64,000 nucleotides of DNA from Pyrodictiaceae archaeon (lineage in GTDB: Archaea > Thermoproteota > Thermoprotei_A > Sulfolobales > Pyrodictiaceae): contig JALVSY010000007.1 in the NCBI GenBank assembly GCA_027036135.1, forward strand, positions 388,880-452,879. Reading direction: 5' to 3'. Below are positions 18,807 to 29,311 of the stretch, piece after piece. Position 1 is the stretch's first letter. Every line of letters begins with the position of its first letter. A program made the position numbers and the translations under genes. The notes under the pieces were generated by a model. That model was given only the letters and a program-made list of their open reading frames with translations. It was not told the DNA's origin and did no database searches.

Positions 18807-20633
18807 TTAGTCCTCCTTATGCTTGCCGTACAGTATCTCGTCGGGTACGATGCCTCTATAAGCTTCATAGTATATTGGTGTGCTTTTTAGTAGCTTTATG
18901 TTCCTAACATACTTGACATTGGGTCCTACGCCTTTGCCACCATACTTCTTCTTGTATTCTTCAAGCGGTATACCGTATTTCTTGATCACGTAGTCCCTAT
19001 AGAGATCATTTAGCACGTTGTATGCACAGAACGGCACTATTCTGCCATCTGGCATTAGGTAGTGGATGTTGCATCGCATAACTCTCTCAACATCGTAGTT
19101 ATACTGGTCCATGAAGTGCATGTTGCCCAGGAATAGTAGGCGGTAGTGTAGTTCGCCTAGCGCCTCGTAGTTGCGCTTTATAAATACGTTAACTAGTAGC
19201 TTGGTTATATTGAGGTCTCTTGGTATTTTCTCCTTTATAGTAAACTTTGGTAGGTCTTTGACTATGGATGCAAGCCTAAGCGTTTTTCTAAACCTAGCAC
19301 CAAAGCTTTCTGCATCCTTTCTAAGCTCTTGTGTCTTCTGATCCATGTACTCTATGAAGCCCTCAACATCGAAGAACTCTGTTATGGGTATGAATTTCTT
19401 GGGTAGACCATCAGCTCCCCGCTCAACAAAGACATAGGTCGCTGAGCCACATGCGGGATGGTTACCCATACACACTTTAAGCTCGCCACTCACAGCTTCA
19501 AGGAAATAAGCGAACTTGGCGGCCACAGGTATAGGGAACCACGCATCCATGGGTATTTGGCCGTCCGTTTGCTCTTCCACCCATTTCAGGACATCCGGTA
19601 TGGTTACTCTATACTTTCTTCTCTCATCTCGTTTCATCCTACCAGTAAGGCTCACTGGCTGGAAGTTTACACCTCTCACAACATCTATGTGCTTTGCTGC
19701 AAACTTTACTATAGCTCCCAGTTCCTGGTCATTTATAGTCTTGATAACCGTTGGTACTAGTACAACGCTGGTCATCCCCGCTTTACGAAATACCTCGAGT
19801 GTGTATGGGGCCTCCCAGTGATTCTTTGGATTCGCCCTAGGTGTCACGCCGTCAAAACTCATGTAGACGGTGTTTACTCCCGCCTCTCTGAGAACCCGTG
19901 CATATTCGACAGCAGCCTCCGGGCTTTTCTCGAACCATAGTCTCGCAAAGGTTATCCCATGCGTATTAAGCTGTATATGTGTCACACCCTCCTCCTTTAG
20001 CATCTTTATTATCTCCGGCAAATCCTCCCTAAGCGTCGGCTCTCCACCAGTTATCTGGACAGCCATTGAGACTCCTTGCTTCTTATACTGACGAATCATC
20101 TTTCTAATCTCTTCAAGACTAGGCTCGTACACATAGCCCATTTTCTCTGCGTAGAAAAAGCAGTACCAACACGACAGGTCACAACGATTAGTCACGACAA
20201 GATTTGCCAAAGCTGTGTGATTCTTATGCATTGGGCAAAGTCCACAGTTAAACGGGCAAGGCGCCTTAAGCTTTACATAGGGTACTACTCCAACTCCTTC
20301 CTCCTCGTACTTGAAGAAACGATGATATGTTCTTGCATCACCAAAATATAGTTCCTCAATCTCGCCGTGCTCCGGGCATACCTTCCTTATATAGACCTTA
20401 TTGTCTCTCTCAAATATTATCGCTGGTAATAACCTAAGACAGTATGGGCAAATGCTAGTAGTATATGCTATGAATTTTTCGCCTTCTTTGAGCTTCGGTA
20501 TCGGTCCTCCTATCTTTATTTCTCTCCCAGCAATTCTTATCGTCTTAGTCTTTGGGTCATATGTGCCTGGCGCTTCTAGTACCACATTCCCGTCGGTACT
20601 AGAGATTATTCTCTTAGCGTGAGTACTCGCCAA
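18807..20633 (-). CDS. tes: Tetraether lipid synthase (GDGT-macrocyclic archaeol synthase), radical SAM
   Basis: TTSICPYC...CPEHG, CPFNCGLC, TNRCDLSCWYCF, HPACG, RCNIHY...PFCAYN match the Tes/MJ0619 family. Confidence 0.9.
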   Translation of the reverse strand: MASTHAKRIISSTDGNVVLEAPGTYDPKTKTIRIAGREIKIGGPIPKLKEGEKFIAYTTSICPYCLRLLPAIIFERDNKVYIRKVCPEHGEIEELYFGDARTYHRFFKYEEEGVGVVPYVKLKAPCPFNCGLCPMHKNHTALANLVVTNRCDLSCWYCFFYAEKMGYVYEPSLEEIRKMIRQYKKQGVSMAVQITGGEPTLREDLPEIIKMLKEEGVTHIQLNTHGITFARLWFEKSPEAAVEYARVLREAGVNTVYMSFDGVTPRANPKNHWEAPYTLEVFRKAGMTSVVLVPTVIKTINDQELGAIVKFAAKHIDVVRGVNFQPVSLTGRMKRDERRKYRVTIPDVLKWVEEQTDGQIPMDAWFPIPVAAKFAYFLEAVSGELKVCMGNHPACGSATYVFVERGADGLPKKFIPITEFFDVEGFIEYMDQKTQELRKDAESFGARFRKTLRLASIVKDLPKFTIKEKIPRDLNITKLLVNVFIKRNYEALGELHYRLLFLGNMHFMDQYNYDVERVMRCNIHYLMPDGRIVPFCAYNVLNDLYRDYVIKKYGIPLEEYKKKYGGKGVGPNVKYVRNIKLLKSTPIYYEAYRGIVPDEILYGKHKED

Positions 20634-20740
20634 CGGCGAATCCCTCTAACTACCTAACCCTAAAATAATAGGTGCTTTTTCACGCCCATTTAAATAGTAC
20701 AGTTCATAATGCTATCTCTACTCTTTAACACAATCGGGGG

Positions 20741-22471
20741 TTAGCATGTATGTCCTCTTATACTAAAGAACTTCGAATTCTCGCCAAGAACTTCTCTAAT
20801 CTCGTGGTCATTCTTAAAGGGCTTGCTGAGAGCGATTCTCCGAGCTAGTCTCTCTCCCACTATTTTCGACATAATAGTAAGTGCTGATTTGTTAGGGTTG
20901 AGGGGTATAGGTATTCCCCTAACGCTTCGAGCGGAATGAGAATATACATAAACATCTATAATTCCTCGCCGCGTTAGTCTGCATGGAATTTCAACTACTA
21001 TTGGATAGCTTCCTGCTTGTCGGGCGAACGTTACCTCGAGCCTCGGGTCATAGTATTCGATGTATACATAGCGAAGAATGGTACCGCTTGGCACTACTTG
21101 TTGAAGAAAGAGCCTTGAGTAATGCAATACTTTTTTCTCGAACCTCTTAGCAAGAGCTCTATACTTATCTATGAACCTTGTACCATATTTGTAGAGCTGC
21201 GTTCCTGGGAGTACGAGCACTTTCCTAACATTTATCCTTCTTACAAGTACCTTTCTCGAGTAGAGTTTTTCTATAAATTCCTCATTCAGTTTATACGTGA
21301 GTGGGCTCTCACCTATAAGCCCAAGCACGAAGTTTATCCCAGGCAAGAGCTCTGGTAATCCATTATACCCACGTCTTGATCCAAGCTTGGCTATAAGCTC
21401 GATGGCCTTTAGGGATTCATCTGGGTAGGTCTTTAGGTTATTAAGTTTAATAACCCTTGGATCAGCTGTCTCAATACCTAGCGCGGCAACATCGCCTGGT
21501 GTATGGTACTTAATGATAACCTTAAGCGCCTCAATGCTCTCCCTCTCGTGACGCACTATTGTACCTGCATTCGCGTTATCTATATGGAGCGTAAAGAGAC
21601 CGGGTGCAGCAACTCTGATGCCATAAAGTAGTTTCTCTAGTTCATTAGGGTTAGGCTTGGGCCACTCCCCTGTACTAAGTTCATTGCTTCCAAACACGAG
21701 TATGTCGGCTTGCCTACCGAGCCGGAAATGTCTAACTCCATGATTATAGAGAGCTTCAACCTCTCTAACAATATCTTCCACGCGTCGTTGCCTTGGCTTG
21801 CCGTAGAGCTTTGTAACGCAGAAGCTACAACCACCACTAATCCAACGAGGGCAGCCTCTATACGTCTCTATCTCTGCTATGAGATTGTAGCCGTGATTTG
21901 GGTGTTGTTCAACAATTTTTGCGCCTAGTATCGCGAACCTAGACACTGGTTCGAGATACTCGTTGTCAATTATTGCCCATGGTCTTGCTCTCTCCTCGCC
22001 ATACTTTACAAGCTCATAGATATATGCCTCAGGCTCGCCGGTCACGATTACGTCGAAGTTCTGCTTAACGGTCCGGGGGAGTGCTGCTACGCTTCCCCCG
22101 ATGTTTCCTATCCCCCATCGGGCTGCAGCACCTACTAGTACTTTGAATGGCTTGTTAATGAGTTTAAACCATGTCTGAAGCTCTTGGAGTGTTATAGGTG
22201 TTCCGCCAAGATATCTGCCTGGAACAACTGCTCCAGCTACTACTATGAGTAAGTCATACGTGTTTGCCCTCTTAATGAACTCCGGTATGTTGTTCCTAGC
22301 CTCGTCAATGGTGAGATAATGAACTGTTATACTTTTATCAACACTCCATATTGCCCCAGCAATATATCTTGGATAAACATCAATGTAGGGAGGTACGCCG
22401 AAGCCTGCAGGCTCGTCAGTATAACCATCAAGTATTAGCACCTTGCTTGGCCTAGCCAAGGCATGATTCAC
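20741..22471 (-). CDS. Radical SAM protein with N-terminal B12-binding-like domain and C-terminal HhH-like region (COG1031-like)
   Basis: ILDGYTDEPAGFGVPPY, ETYRGC...GGCSFC, RLGRQAD, LHIDNAN. Confidence 0.85.
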   Translation of the reverse strand: MNHALARPSKVLILDGYTDEPAGFGVPPYIDVYPRYIAGAIWSVDKSITVHYLTIDEARNNIPEFIKRANTYDLLIVVAGAVVPGRYLGGTPITLQELQTWFKLINKPFKVLVGAAARWGIGNIGGSVAALPRTVKQNFDVIVTGEPEAYIYELVKYGEERARPWAIIDNEYLEPVSRFAILGAKIVEQHPNHGYNLIAEIETYRGCPRWISGGCSFCVTKLYGKPRQRRVEDIVREVEALYNHGVRHFRLGRQADILVFGSNELSTGEWPKPNPNELEKLLYGIRVAAPGLFTLHIDNANAGTIVRHERESIEALKVIIKYHTPGDVAALGIETADPRVIKLNNLKTYPDESLKAIELIAKLGSRRGYNGLPELLPGINFVLGLIGESPLTYKLNEEFIEKLYSRKVLVRRINVRKVLVLPGTQLYKYGTRFIDKYRALAKRFEKKVLHYSRLFLQQVVPSGTILRYVYIEYYDPRLEVTFARQAGSYPIVVEIPCRLTRRGIIDVYVYSHSARSVRGIPIPLNPNKSALTIMSKIVGERLARRIALSKPFKNDHEIREVLGENSKFFSIRGHTC

Positions 22472-23636
22472 CTACTTGCCGGCTCATACAGTATGCCCAG
22501 CTTCGCTGCATAGGCCATTACTTCCTCTACTTCATCTCTATAGACGGGGCGAGCTAGCTCCGGCCATCTTTTCGGATATCGAGCTACAAGATTCTCTGGA
22601 CGATACTGGTCCATTATGTTCACGAGTATTCTATCCCGCGGCAGATTATTAGCTATCCATCTCATTATGGCTTTACTGCAACAATTGACATGTCCAGGTA
22701 ATACTAGGTGGCGGATAATCATGTCGCCTTCCTTGGCCGCTATTATGTGATTCCGTGACACTATGCTAAAGTAGTTCCTAACACCAGATAACCGGAATGC
22801 ACACTTATCATTACCGTACTTGAAATCGGGTAGCCACAAATCAATAACGTCTGTTAGGACCCTAGTTACCTGCTCTGTCATGTACATATTACTGTTCCAT
22901 ATCTGAGGAACATTCGTGTCAAGGTACTTGAAGGACTCTATTATAGTATGTAAACTAGGTGTAGGTTCACCGCCAACGTGATTAATATTACGTGCACCCA
23001 TTACACGTAGCTCGTGCTGAATCCGAGCTAACTCGCGGGGAGTAACTACATCACCACCCCTAGGATATTTTTGACTTATATCATAATTTTGGCAAAAGAC
23101 ACAAGTAAAGTTACAAGCACCGTAGAAAATAGTCCCACTAGGAACAAGAGGAGCTTCTTCGCCTAGGTGATGGAACCAACTATGTACATACGTCTTCTCG
23201 TCAAGCCGGCATGCACCGAGTCTCCTACTACGATCAACGAGGCACCTCCTTTCACAAAGCCTACATGGCTTGAATATTCTCTTAATAATCTCCACGTCTA
23301 GGTCCAAGAGCGAGACTATATCTCGAATTCCTCTCCTATCAACAATGTAGTCTTCAAGGAGATACCGTTCTTTGAGGGCCTTGTTCACGAGCCCACGATG
23401 CTCCCTGACACTTTTTCACGTAGATCCAGCAGGGTCTCCTCATCAAGTTTTTCTAGCTCCTTCTCGCCTATCTCAACTATCTTGGCTAAGAGGAAACGTG
23501 CGGGCACGCGATCAATCATCACTAAATAGTACCATTTAAGCCTCTTCCTTACCTCCTCGTTCTCCCAAACATATATAGCATCGGGTCTTAATCGCTGCCA
23601 TATGTGTTCCGGGACGAATCTTTCAAAGAATAGCAT
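22468..23636 (-). pseudogene. PflX-like radical SAM protein (COG1313), split into 83-aa and 306-aa ORFs by a frameshift at an A5 run
   Basis: CRLCERRC, HLGEEAPL, GACNFTCVFCQNYDIS, DFKYGND; adding one A at 23412-23416 fuses the frames (LREK-SVREHRGLVNKALKE). Confidence 0.7.
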
Positions 23637-23684
23637 AGAGACCCCTTACCAGGAATACAGAACTAGCAGAGATGATGCAAGTCA

Positions 23685-23975
23685 TTAGTCTGACTGAGAG
23701 GCTCCTCCTTTCTCGGTCCGCTCTTTGACTATTTTGTATGCCTTCCAGAAGGGTAGTCTAACATAGTACTCTGCTAGCTCTAAGAGTTTTTCGAGTTCCT
23801 CGCGAGTTGCGTAGTCTATGGGCTCGCCCTCGTGCCCAGCTTCCTCCCACCTACTATGTAGCTCAACGACTAGCTTCTCTACATAGGGGTCACTGTAAAA
23901 GGCTGCCTTGTTTATCTGCGGAGCAGTTTCTACGAGAGAAAGTATCCGTTCCTTAAGCTCCACCTGTCTCACCAC
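23685..23975 (-). CDS. Conserved hypothetical protein
   Basis: 96-aa ORF directly downstream of serS. Confidence 0.75.
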   Translation of the reverse strand: MVRQVELKERILSLVETAPQINKAAFYSDPYVEKLVVELHSRWEEAGHEGEPIDYATREELEKLLELAEYYVRLPFWKAYKIVKERTEKGGASQSD

Positions 23976-23993
23976 TCGCCCTAGGCTCTCGCC

Positions 23994-25376
23994 TCATTTT
24001 TCTCTACGCTTAGCCGGGTATATTGCTTCCTTTGGCGCCTTCTTAAACGGCTCTAAGTACTTCCTAAGAACTCTTGGAATAACTACAGTGCCGTCCGGTT
24101 CTTGGAAGTTCTCAAGTATCGCTGTGATAGTTCTTGTTGAGGCTATTGCTGTTGAGTTTAGTGTATGGACATATTCTCTTTCCATGCCCTTTCTCCTCAC
24201 AAGCCTTATGTTAAGACGATAGCTTTGCCAATCAGTTGTATTACTAGCGCTCACCATTTCACGGTACCTGCCCTGTGCGGGCATCCACACCTCTAAGTCA
24301 TACTTCTTAGTAGCTGGTGCGCCAAGCTCGCCGGAAACAACATTAACAACCCTGTAAGGGAGCCCAAGGCCTTGGAACAATTCCTCCGCATTCCTTATGA
24401 GCTCTTCATGTATCTGCCAGCTCTCCTCGGGCTTCGCGAACACGTATTGCTCAACCTTATGGAACTGGTGAACTCTAAATATTCCCTTGAGGTCACGGTT
24501 ACCTGCTCCCGCCTCGCGGCGGAAACAGGGACTAATACCAACAAGTTTTATTGGCAGTTCGTCTTCCATAATTTCCTCATTATAGTATAGAGCTGCTAGA
24601 GAGTGCTCAGCCGTAGCTATTAAGTAAAGATCCTCCCCCTCTACCTTGTATATAGCGTCCTTAAATGTCTCTAGATCTATTACGCCCATCATTATCTTGT
24701 GCCTAAGCATGTAAGGTGGTTGCACAAGCTTATAGCCCTTAGAGGTTAAAGTATCTATGGCATATAGTAAGAGAGCGAAATCAAGCCAAACTAGGTCATC
24801 GAATAAGTAGAAGAACCTAGAACCTGCTACCTCGGCAGCTTTCTGCGTATCACCTAGCTTGAGGACGTGCTCTAGCATATCTGCATGGCCAACAGGTTTC
24901 CAGTCAATTAGTTCATAATCTATCTTAAAGCCCCATTTCTCTGTCTGCTCCTTAAACTTGTCCAAGTATCCAATATATACCCGAGGCCTACCCCAGAACC
25001 GTACTGGCACGTTCTCTTCATCAGAGAAACCTACCGGCACTGACTCGTGCACTATATTAGGTAATGAAAGAAGCACGCGCTGTCTTTTCTCCTCAATCTC
25101 GCGTAGACGCCTTTCAAGCTCCTCTCGGGCCTTAAGAAGCTTCTTAGCCTCCTCAATAAGCCTTCTTCTCTCTTCCTCGTTTCTAGCCTTGGCGATGCTT
25201 CTCGTGATAACATTGTGCTTATGCCTTATCTCATCTACTTCTCTCTTGAGCCTTCTCCACTCCTCGTCAAGCCTCCTAGCCTCGTCAACTAGGCTCTCAT
25301 CCATTCCTCTTTTCCGAAGACTCTCTCTAAGAATTTCAGGATTTTCTCGCAAATATTTCAGAATACTCCACGTCAA
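23994..25376 (-). CDS. serS: Serine--tRNA ligase
   Basis: N-terminal coiled coil, [31 protein letters not shown]. Confidence 0.97.
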   Translation of the reverse strand: MTWSILKYLRENPEILRESLRKRGMDESLVDEARRLDEEWRRLKREVDEIRHKHNVITRSIAKARNEEERRRLIEEAKKLLKAREELERRLREIEEKRQRVLLSLPNIVHESVPVGFSDEENVPVRFWGRPRVYIGYLDKFKEQTEKWGFKIDYELIDWKPVGHADMLEHVLKLGDTQKAAEVAGSRFFYLFDDLVWLDFALLLYAIDTLTSKGYKLVQPPYMLRHKIMMGVIDLETFKDAIYKVEGEDLYLIATAEHSLAALYYNEEIMEDELPIKLVGISPCFRREAGAGNRDLKGIFRVHQFHKVEQYVFAKPEESWQIHEELIRNAEELFQGLGLPYRVVNVVSGELGAPATKKYDLEVWMPAQGRYREMVSASNTTDWQSYRLNIRLVRRKGMEREYVHTLNSTAIASTRTITAILENFQEPDGTVVIPRVLRKYLEPFKKAPKEAIYPAKRREK

Positions 25377-25520
25377 GCGAGAACCTCCCTCGCAATACCT
25401 TGTAGCTCTAAGTAGTTCTCCGGGTTAAAAGACAGTAACACTGAATGACGAAAACTAGGCTTTTATTCGCACAAACCTTAATACCCTATAAATACTCCTC
25501 AAAAATCCAGAGGATGCACA

Positions 25521-25673
25521 ATGACCCTTAAATCATGTGAAGATATCTGTAGTGAGCGCTGCATTCCATATGAAAACAGCGGATTCGAAGCCTATAACTC
25601 ATGCGTAGAAGAGTGTATATACCAATGCGCTACAATGAAAGATCTCAAAATAATAGATAAAAGACATAAATAG
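25521..25673 (+). CDS. Unannotated 50-aa Cys-rich peptide (twin CX3CX3C)
   Basis: MTLKSCEDICSERCIPYENSGFEAYNSCVEECIYQCATMKDLKIIDKRHK; GAGGA SD; AAACCTTAATA promoter-like element near 25473. Confidence 0.65.
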   Translation: MTLKSCEDICSERCIPYENSGFEAYNSCVEECIYQCATMKDLKIIDKRHK

Positions 25674-25721
25674 CTAGACTGATGTCGCAGCATTAAGAGA
25701 TAGGTCCTTATCATTTCCTCT

Positions 25722-26141
25722 CTAGCCTTGTTTATTTTGCTGGCCTTGTTGACCATATATCTCATCGTAGCGCTGAATCCATTCCTCAACAACATCGTAT
25801 CCAAAGAGTTCCTTGAGCTGTTTTCTACCTTCTGGAGTAACTCTGCGAGGATCCCATGGTGTTTCAAGATCAAGCTCTATCTCAACATCCTCTGCCTCGG
25901 GCACTGCTTGGCGAATCGCCTCCTCGGCCATAAATGCAATCTGGCCAGCTATGGGGCAGCCAGGCGCTGTTAGTCCTAGCCGTACCTTGATTTTCCCATC
26001 ATCTATTTTAAGATCGTATACTAGTCCTAAATCATAAATGTTTACAGGGATTTCTGGGTCATAAACGTTTCTAAGAGCTTCTATAACTTTCTTCTTAACC
26101 TCTTCCGGGTCAAGCTTTTTTACAACTTTTTGCTCGCTCAT
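25722..26141 (-). CDS. DUF59/SufT-like metal-sulfur cluster assembly factor
   Basis: VYDPEIPVNIYDLGLVY, LTAPGCP, PW. Confidence 0.92.
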   Translation of the reverse strand: MSEQKVVKKLDPEEVKKKVIEALRNVYDPEIPVNIYDLGLVYDLKIDDGKIKVRLGLTAPGCPIAGQIAFMAEEAIRQAVPEAEDVEIELDLETPWDPRRVTPEGRKQLKELFGYDVVEEWIQRYDEIYGQQGQQNKQG

Positions 26142-26233
26142 ACGCTTCTCTCCTTTAACTAGTGTAAAAGGGAGTATCGTTTATATAGTCTACTCCTTCT
26201 TCTCAGAAACTCTTCACGTCCACTATGAACTCC

Positions 26234-26419
26234 TCATACATGTGTCATTCTCTTCGTAATGTAGTAGGCTATAAAGGGCGATAGCACTACTAGTACTGTT
26301 ACGGCATAAACGCCATATATACTCCTAGCTCTGATAAAGACATAAAGTAGAATAAATAGTGTTACAACAATAGGAATAAGCACAATGTTATATAACTTAA
26401 TAAGCCTAGAAAAACTCAT
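26234..26419 (-). CDS. Small two-helix membrane protein
   Basis: ATGA overlap with the upstream gene; two hydrophobic segments. Confidence 0.6.
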   Translation of the reverse strand: MSFSRLIKLYNIVLIPIVVTLFILLYVFIRARSIYGVYAVTVLVVLSPFIAYYITKRMTHV

Positions 26420-27192
26420 TTCCCAGCACCCGCGAGTAATCTATCAAGCTCTTCTAGTACAAGTCTTGCCTTTCTCTCAGCTTCTTCACACTTCTCGGCA
26501 GAAGCGAGAACCTTAACATCAATAATAGGCTTTTCGAGCTCGTGTCCCTTGGGATGACTCTTAACATAACAATCTGGGCACTTTTTTGAAGCCCTGCGTA
26601 GTAGTGGTGCTAGACTCGACTCGGGTATACCCTTGATTTCCTTGCCTAGTTCCCGGATACATATCTCTGGGAAAACGTGTTGTATCTTATCAAGGGCTAA
26701 GGGTAGCATTGCCTCCATTTCGCGGGGAACACCTGGCAGCGAAATTATGTAAGTTCCATCAGCGAAGAGAAGTGAGCCAGGAGCAGCTCCTACTGGATTG
26801 GGGATAGGAATCGCTCCTGCTGGGAGATAGGCCATTTTTACACGTTCCCTTGTTAGTTGTAGTTGTTTGCGTGAGTAGAACTCATTAACCATTCGGAGAG
26901 CTTTCTCGTTTAACACTAGGGCTCTATTAGTAGCAGCAGCTATTGCCTCAAGGGTCTTATCATCATCTGTTGGCCCGAGCCCCCCTGTCGTAACCAATAT
27001 ATCGGCTCTTGATATGCCACGGCGCACTTCATTGACGATATCATCGATAGAGTCCCCAACATCAATGATTCTGTCAACGATTGCGCCACGTAGTGTTAGC
27101 TCCCTCGCTATATGGGAGGCGTTTGTATTAACTATACGTCCTATCAAGAGCTCGTATCCAATAGTTATTATCCATGCCCGGGGCCTGTACAT
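26416..27192 (-). CDS. CinA-like molybdopterin-binding-domain protein
   Basis: IGYELLIGRIVNTN, TTGGLGPTDDD, NPVGAAPG, LPGVPREM, YVKSHPKG. Confidence 0.9.
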   Translation of the reverse strand: MYRPRAWIITIGYELLIGRIVNTNASHIARELTLRGAIVDRIIDVGDSIDDIVNEVRRGISRADILVTTGGLGPTDDDKTLEAIAAATNRALVLNEKALRMVNEFYSRKQLQLTRERVKMAYLPAGAIPIPNPVGAAPGSLLFADGTYIISLPGVPREMEAMLPLALDKIQHVFPEICIRELGKEIKGIPESSLAPLLRRASKKCPDCYVKSHPKGHELEKPIIDVKVLASAEKCEEAERKARLVLEELDRLLAGAGK

Positions 27193-27238
27193 CTCAAACG
27201 ATACCTAGAAAACCCTATTCCAGGAACTCCTATTCAAA

Positions 27239-27310
27239 ATGCGCGCCGCCCCCCAGACAGCCCCGCGGCACGGGGCATGGATGAAGGTAAGGGGACTTGC
27301 CTCCCGCACC
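27239..27310 (+). ncRNA. Atypical H/ACA-like guide RNA candidate (16S-antisense)
   Basis: CAGA/GGATGA K-turn-like pair, GCCCCG/CGGGGC apical hairpin, 14-nt GACTTGCCTCCCGC antisense to crenarchaeal 16S GCGGGGGGCAAGTC; GC-rich island in an AT-rich gap. Confidence 0.55.
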
Positions 27311-27425
27311 TTTCTAATAAATATATTATAGTCAAACAATGCCTTATTGTTAGTATTAGAGAGAACAATAGAGTATACCTAATAACATAGATAATAATAG
27401 ATAAAAGTGAGAGAAAAGAGTATTA

Positions 27426-28763
27426 TTACATGAGTAGGTAGAGTTTACCATCTCTAATCGTGTTTATGTCAAAGCAGTACTTAACCTCAGTATACTCTCT
27501 TCTATACTCTGTTACCTCTTTTGCAACTCTCTTCGGATCTTCCTTGTCTATTAATACCCTCCTCATGAACCTTGCAATATCCTTCATATTGTCCTCTTTC
27601 ATACCATACCTAGTCATTTCCTGGACGCCGAGCCTCAGCCCGCTTGGATCTTTTATCGCGTCGGGAGGATCATAGGGTAAGAGATTCTTGTTAACTATGA
27701 TGTTAGCTTCCTCTAGTAATTGGGCAGCCTTAGCTCCCCCGCCCTGCGGCCTCACATCTAGTACTACTTGGTGGCTTCTAGTGTAGCCTAGATGTTCCCC
27801 TAACACCTTAAAGCCTTCAGCTGCAAGGGCCTCGGCTAGTGCCTTTGCGTTTCTCACTACTTGGTCTGCATATGCTTCTCCGAAGTATTTCATCTCTATC
27901 GCTGTCACAGCTAGTGCCGGCAATCTATGTAGGTGATGGTTACTGACGAAATAGGGGAATATCGCCTTACCTATGGACTTATAGAGTTTTTCGTCACGTG
28001 TAGCGACTATGCCGCCCTGTGGTCCGGGAAAAGTCTTGTGGGTAGATGCGGTCATTACGTCGGCTCCATGGTCTAGTGGGTTTCTCCATCTCTTACCAAC
28101 GATTAGCCCCAGTACATGTGCTGCGTCATATACTAGTTTTCCACCAACGCTATGAATAGCGTCGGCAATCTCCTTAACAGGATGTGGGAATAGGTAGACG
28201 CTGCCTCCTAGAACAGCGAATGACGGCTTAATCTCCTCTATGAGTTTTACTGCTTTATCCGCATCAACGTTCAAGTTCTCAGCATCGTATGGCATCTCTA
28301 TATGTTCTATGCAAAGTGCTCCCAGCGTGCCGAACTTTGTGTGGCTGACATGTGCTCCAGCTTGTACCGGGGCTATTACTGCCCTAGAGCCGCACTTACC
28401 TAGTACGCGAAAGACGGATGCATTAGCTGTGGTACCGCTTATAGGACGAGGATCGACTAAAGCTCCTCCGAGAAGCTCACCCATTATCCTTGAGACACGT
28501 ACCTCTACTTCATCAACGTATCTTGTTCCTTGATAGTATCTCTTGAACGGCTTACCTTCAGCATATCGATGCATCATATCAGATACATAAGCCGATAGGG
28601 CTAGCGGACTCATAGCATTCTCGCTCGCTATTAGGTTTATGGTCTCTTTCTTTCGCCAAATATTATGCCTCATAGTATAGTCTATTATTTCCCTTAGCTC
28701 TGGCGGTATTTTTGAGGAAGCTTCTACCCAGAACTCGTTGGACAAAAGCCGCACCAATAACAT
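27426..28763 (-). CDS. glyA: Serine hydroxymethyltransferase
   Basis: [44 protein letters not shown]. Confidence 0.97.
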   Translation of the reverse strand: MLLVRLLSNEFWVEASSKIPPELREIIDYTMRHNIWRKKETINLIASENAMSPLALSAYVSDMMHRYAEGKPFKRYYQGTRYVDEVEVRVSRIMGELLGGALVDPRPISGTTANASVFRVLGKCGSRAVIAPVQAGAHVSHTKFGTLGALCIEHIEMPYDAENLNVDADKAVKLIEEIKPSFAVLGGSVYLFPHPVKEIADAIHSVGGKLVYDAAHVLGLIVGKRWRNPLDHGADVMTASTHKTFPGPQGGIVATRDEKLYKSIGKAIFPYFVSNHHLHRLPALAVTAIEMKYFGEAYADQVVRNAKALAEALAAEGFKVLGEHLGYTRSHQVVLDVRPQGGGAKAAQLLEEANIIVNKNLLPYDPPDAIKDPSGLRLGVQEMTRYGMKEDNMKDIARFMRRVLIDKEDPKRVAKEVTEYRREYTEVKYCFDINTIRDGKLYLLM

Positions 28764-28796
28764 GAAAACACGTATTCTTCTTTAGTAAACCTAGCG

Positions 28797-29105
28797 CTAC
28801 ATGTTACCAGCAGAGGCTTTCCCCGAAAGATCAGAGCTAAGGGCGGCCCCGTGTAGCTTCATCTCTACGTGTCTTAGTCGGCGGGTCAGCTTGAGCTCAC
28901 GTATAGCTATTTCGTAGGCCTTTTCAACGATATCATAGGTAATGGGAACTCCTACTTCATCCTCATAGCGGCGAAGAAGCCAATAAGCCTCAACGATGCT
29001 ATTCCACTCTCTGTAATGCTCCACAAGTATTCTTGCAGCTTTCTGTGGGGCCTCACGGAGACGCGGATCAATGTAGTCTCTCGTACTCTCTTTATTGTCT
29101 CGCAC
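28797..29105 (-). CDS. Hypothetical protein
   Basis: 102-aa ORF with GGGT SD. Confidence 0.65.
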   Translation of the reverse strand: MRDNKESTRDYIDPRLREAPQKAARILVEHYREWNSIVEAYWLLRRYEDEVGVPITYDIVEKAYEIAIRELKLTRRLRHVEMKLHGAALSSDLSGKASAGNM

Positions 29106-29311
29106 TACCCGATACCCGTAATACTATATAAGTAGTACTACCCTATTTTGGTGTTACAGCTCTTTAACAGTACTACTGGAAACGAATAAGAGGAGTTTAA
29201 CTAAGTGTAGCCTAGGTCTTGTTTGTATTCTAGTTTCAATACTTGTGGGCTTACTTGGGTTGAGTGCCTTAAACTTCTTCTTTGGAGGAGTAGTTACGCT
29301 GGGGTCTCACT

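Noticed and set aside
25592-25873. Minus-strand 93-aa ORF
   Set aside because: Overlaps the DUF59 gene out of frame and is antisense to the better-supported Cys peptide
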